Source: Macrostomum lignano (taxonomy: Eukaryota). From it: a stretch of 64,000 nt of DNA. The translations under genes and the position numbers were made by a program. Each line of letters starts with the position of its first letter. The stretch's first letter is position 1. Location: contig NIVC01001984.1 in the NCBI GenBank assembly GCA_002269645.1, forward strand, positions 62,001-126,000, given 5' to 3'. Shown piece by piece: positions 60,977 through 64,000 of the stretch. The notes beneath the pieces were generated by a model. It did no database searches and had not been told where the DNA came from. It worked only from the letters and a program-made list of their open reading frames with translations.

Positions 60977-61259
60977 GCATGGGGTTGTGTGCACCCTGGC
61001 GCACTTTAAGCGACATTGTCACACAACTGAAGGGTGACATTATTGCCCATTCCGCCGACTCCCCTGAGCAGGCACACAAGCGCGCGGGTACGTACGCAGC
61101 CATACGCACAGGCTCACACTCACACAGGAGTATACAGCGGCCCTAACTTTTAATTATCGTTAGGCATGTACACTTCACTGCGCCCCTCAACTGCATTAAT
61201 TGCACGACCAGAGCTAAGCCGAGAACATTTTAGGAATCGAGCCTGGACCGCTGGCACAT
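60977..61259 (-). repeat. Dispersed SINE-like repeat, copy 2
   Basis: Reverse-complement homology to 31513-31820. Confidence 0.7.
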
Positions 61260-61383
61260 CAGAACACTAGGCTATGGCCTCCCAAGATTCTGGGGTACAC
61301 CACCCCTTCTGCCCCTAAATTGAGGCATTTCTGACCCTTTAACAATTTTAGAAATCTGCAACCATCGACCGTGGTCAGTCGGC

Positions 61384-63313
61384 ATGAACTCCGAGCTCTC
61401 GGCAGCTGCTCATCATCGTGACGTCACTCGCCACAGAGCGGCCAGAAGGCCGAACTCTCTTCTCCTACCTCCAGCCTCTGAGTCAGCATCAGTCAGCATT
61501 CTCATTGGCAGACTCGAACAGTCTTTGGCTTCAACGTCCACCGACTCAACTGCCGCGGTGTCTTGGGCGCTGCTGCAAGCCACCTACTCTGCTGCAGCTC
61601 GCAGGTCGCTGCTGCTCAGCTCAAACTGCAACTCCCACGGCAGCTTCTTGTCGCGTCTCTGCGACTGCCTGCTGCAGATTCTGCTGCCGTTGGCTCGCCA
61701 AGACACCGCACTGCAGGAGGCAGCGGGTCGCCTGTTCTGCGCTCTCGCCAATCTCACCTGCGGCGACTCCACAGCCAAGCAGCTCGTGACTCTTCACGCC
61801 GACGGCGCTCTGACCTCAGCAGCGGCTGCTCAGCTTCATCAAACTGACTTCTCAGTCGGCCTCGCTGCCGCCGCCCTGCTGCGCAACCTCGGCTGGCAGC
61901 CGCGGCCCGACTGCCGGCGCAGACTCCGCCTCGCAGGCGCGGCCGTCTCGCTGATGCGCTTCGTCCAGAGACTGGCAGCTCTAGAAGCGACATCGGCCAG
62001 CCGCCTTCGCTGCCCGCTGGCTGCACTCTGGAATCTGACGGACAGCTCCGGCGAGGAAGACGATCATCGCTGCTCGCCTGCCGAACTCCTGGCTGTCTGC
62101 AACGTGCCTGACGGAGTTCGCTGCCTGTTCGAATGCCTCGCTTCACCCGACGTCGATGTTGTGGAGTCGAGCGGCGGCGTGCTGCGCAACCTGACGCCGG
62201 CGCTGTTGCGTCAGTGGGACCAGCTTGCTCCATCAGTTCTGCCGGCGCTTCCGCTGCTGGTGAAGATGCTGGACATCGGCTCGGCGAACTCGGCGAGCTC
62301 TACGACCCTCACCATGGCTGCCAATGCGTGCCGGCTCATAGCCTGCATCAGCGGCGCTGGTCGGCCTCGCGAACGACGTTTGCTGCTGTCTCTGGGCGCC
62401 GAGCCCGGCCTCCGGTGGCTTCAGCGCCTGTGCCGGCACCGCAGCGTACGGGGGGACTGCCGGACCGCTCTGAGCAACCTGCTGGCCTCGTCAGGAGCGA
62501 AGGCAGCTGCAGCCTCCGTCACATCGGCGCCTCTGTCGCCGTCGACTCCGTCAATGTTGCTGCGCCCATCGTCGTCGATTGCATCGGACCGCGAATTGTC
62601 GCCTCTGGTTGAGGAGGACTCGGACCCGCTTGTCGGCGAGGACGCCAAAGAGGCTGGCGACCATCTGCAGCAGCCTCCACCGCAACCAATGTCGCTGCTT
62701 CCTTCTCTGTTGAGTCGTCCGTCGGTGACTCGATCAGTGGCTGCAGCGTCTCGTCCTCTTGGAATCGTTGCCCCGATGCCAAAGGCTAAGCAGCAGCCGC
62801 CGCAGGCGCAACAGCAACAACACCAGAAGCATGAGCAGCACCAGCACCAGCCGCAGCAGCACCAGCCGCAGCAGCACCAGCCGCAGAAGCACCAGTCGCA
62901 GCAGCACCAGACGCAACAGCACCAGCCGCAGCAGCACCAGACGCAGAAGCACCAGTCGCAGCAGCACCAGACGCAACAGCACCAGACGCAGCAGCACCAG
63001 ACGCAGCAGCACCAGATGCAGCAGCAGCGGAAGAAGCAGCCGCAGCAGCAGCAGCAGCAACAGCAGCAGCACTTCCGACTGTCCTCCTCTCTGTCAAAGG
63101 ACTCCGGATACGCTGATGAAGTGTCTTCAACTATCAGCGCGAGTTTGTCACCTCAGTCGCCGCCGTCTCAATCGCTACAGCCGTCGCCAGCTTCAAGACA
63201 TCTGCCGATTCCAGCGTCGAATTCCAGTCGACTTCAACGGACGAAACTGGGACAGCCGACTTCCGGCCTTGCGGTGCCGCACAGTGCGACTGCCGCACCC
63301 ACTGGCATCCCGG
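61384..63313 (+). CDS. APC: Adenomatous polyposis coli (APC)-like armadillo-repeat protein, large exon; gene continues beyond the window
   Basis: My translation gives ALANLTCGDSTAK, AALLRNLGW, AGAAVSLM, LAALWNLT, VCNVPDG, VVESSGGVLRNL, LTMAANAC, TALSNLL, colinear with human APC ARM motifs ALTNLTFGDVANK, ASVLRNLSW, LSALWNLS, ICAVDG, IIESGGGILRNV, LTIVSNAC, AALRNL. Donor CCGG/GTGAGT at 63313/63314; possible acceptor TTTTAG at 61351. Confidence 0.8.
62789..63072 (+). repeat. Coding Q/H-rich repeat (QQHQP/T/S; 15-nt unit) plus polyQ
   Basis: CAGCAGCACCAGCCG-type units in frame with the APC-like ORF. Confidence 0.9.
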
Positions 63314-63354
63314 GTGAGTCCTTGGTGTGCAGTTCGTCTGGCTTACTGGACCGC

Positions 63355-64000
63355 ATTTACCATCCTCACATTTCCCATCCTCACATTGCCCATTGTCCAC
63401 ATTTCCCATTGCCCACATTTCCCATCCCCACATTTCGCATCCCCACATTTCCCAATCCCCACATTTCCCATCCCCACATTTCCCATCCCCACATTTCCAT
63501 CCCCACATTTCCATCCCCACATTTCCATCCCCACATTTCCATCCCCACATTTCCATCCCCACATTTCCATCCCATTTCCCAATCCCCACATTTCCCATTG
63601 CCCACATTTCCCATTGCCCACTTTTCCCATTGCCCACATTTCCATCCCCACATTTCCATCCCCACATTTCCATCCCCACATTTTCATGCCCACATTTCCA
63701 TCCTCACATTTCCCATCCCCTCATTTCCATCCCCACATGTCCCATCCCCTCATTTCCATCCCCACATGTCCCATCCTCACATTTCCCATCCCCTCATTTC
63801 CATCCCCACATGTCCCATCCCCTCATTTCCATCCCCACATGTCCCATCCTCACATTTCCATCCCCACATTTCCATCCCCACATTTCCATCCCCACATTTC
63901 CATCCCCACATTTCCATCCCCACATTTCCATCCCCACATTTCCATCCCCACATTTCCATCCCATTTCCCAATCCCCACATTTCCCATTGCCCACATTTCC
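63355..64000. repeat. 12/13-bp C-rich minisatellite (CCCCACATTTCCAT-like) in the APC-like intron
   Basis: Tandem units to the window end; begins ~40 nt after the donor. Confidence 0.95.

Noticed and set aside
61418-63130. Short ORFs listed on both strands
   Set aside because: Shadow frames of the GC-rich APC-like exon.
63134-63994. Minus-strand WGWKCGDG repeat ORFs
   Set aside because: Translations of the intronic 12/13-bp minisatellite.

Overview
Eukaryotic (animal) genomic DNA; a free-living flatworm such as Macrostomum is a plausible but unproven source. Host genes: an unidentified exon (659-892); orphan ORFs at 3096-3860 (-) and 29316-29756 (+); a spliced Mab-21/cGAS-like receptor (cGLR; 32404-34480, -); a five-exon secreted double C-type lectin gene (38522-44596, -) with its tandem pseudogene copy (34995-36829, -); a three-exon Sulfotransfer_4-type sulfotransferase (50515-52316, +); a probable orphan spliced gene (54520-59838, -); and a divergent APC-like ARM-repeat gene from 61384 (+) that the ORF track misses because its frame stays open to the window end. 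Mobile DNA: a dead Ty3/gypsy provirus (7383-16987; LTRs, tRNA-Leu-type PBS, 4-bp TSD, extra 3' ORF), a non-autonomous hAT element, a MULE-type MITE, a NOF/Rehavkus-like Mutator transposase ORF, a 5'-truncated LINE and several dispersed repeats. Many introns each carry their own minisatellite array. Old repeat blocks are almost CpG-free and rich in TA/CTAG/TAGGCC, with sharp edges, pointing to repeat-targeted cytosine deamination. No rRNA, tRNA or CRISPR array was found. Gene models were assembled by eye from splice signals and phase, with no database searches.
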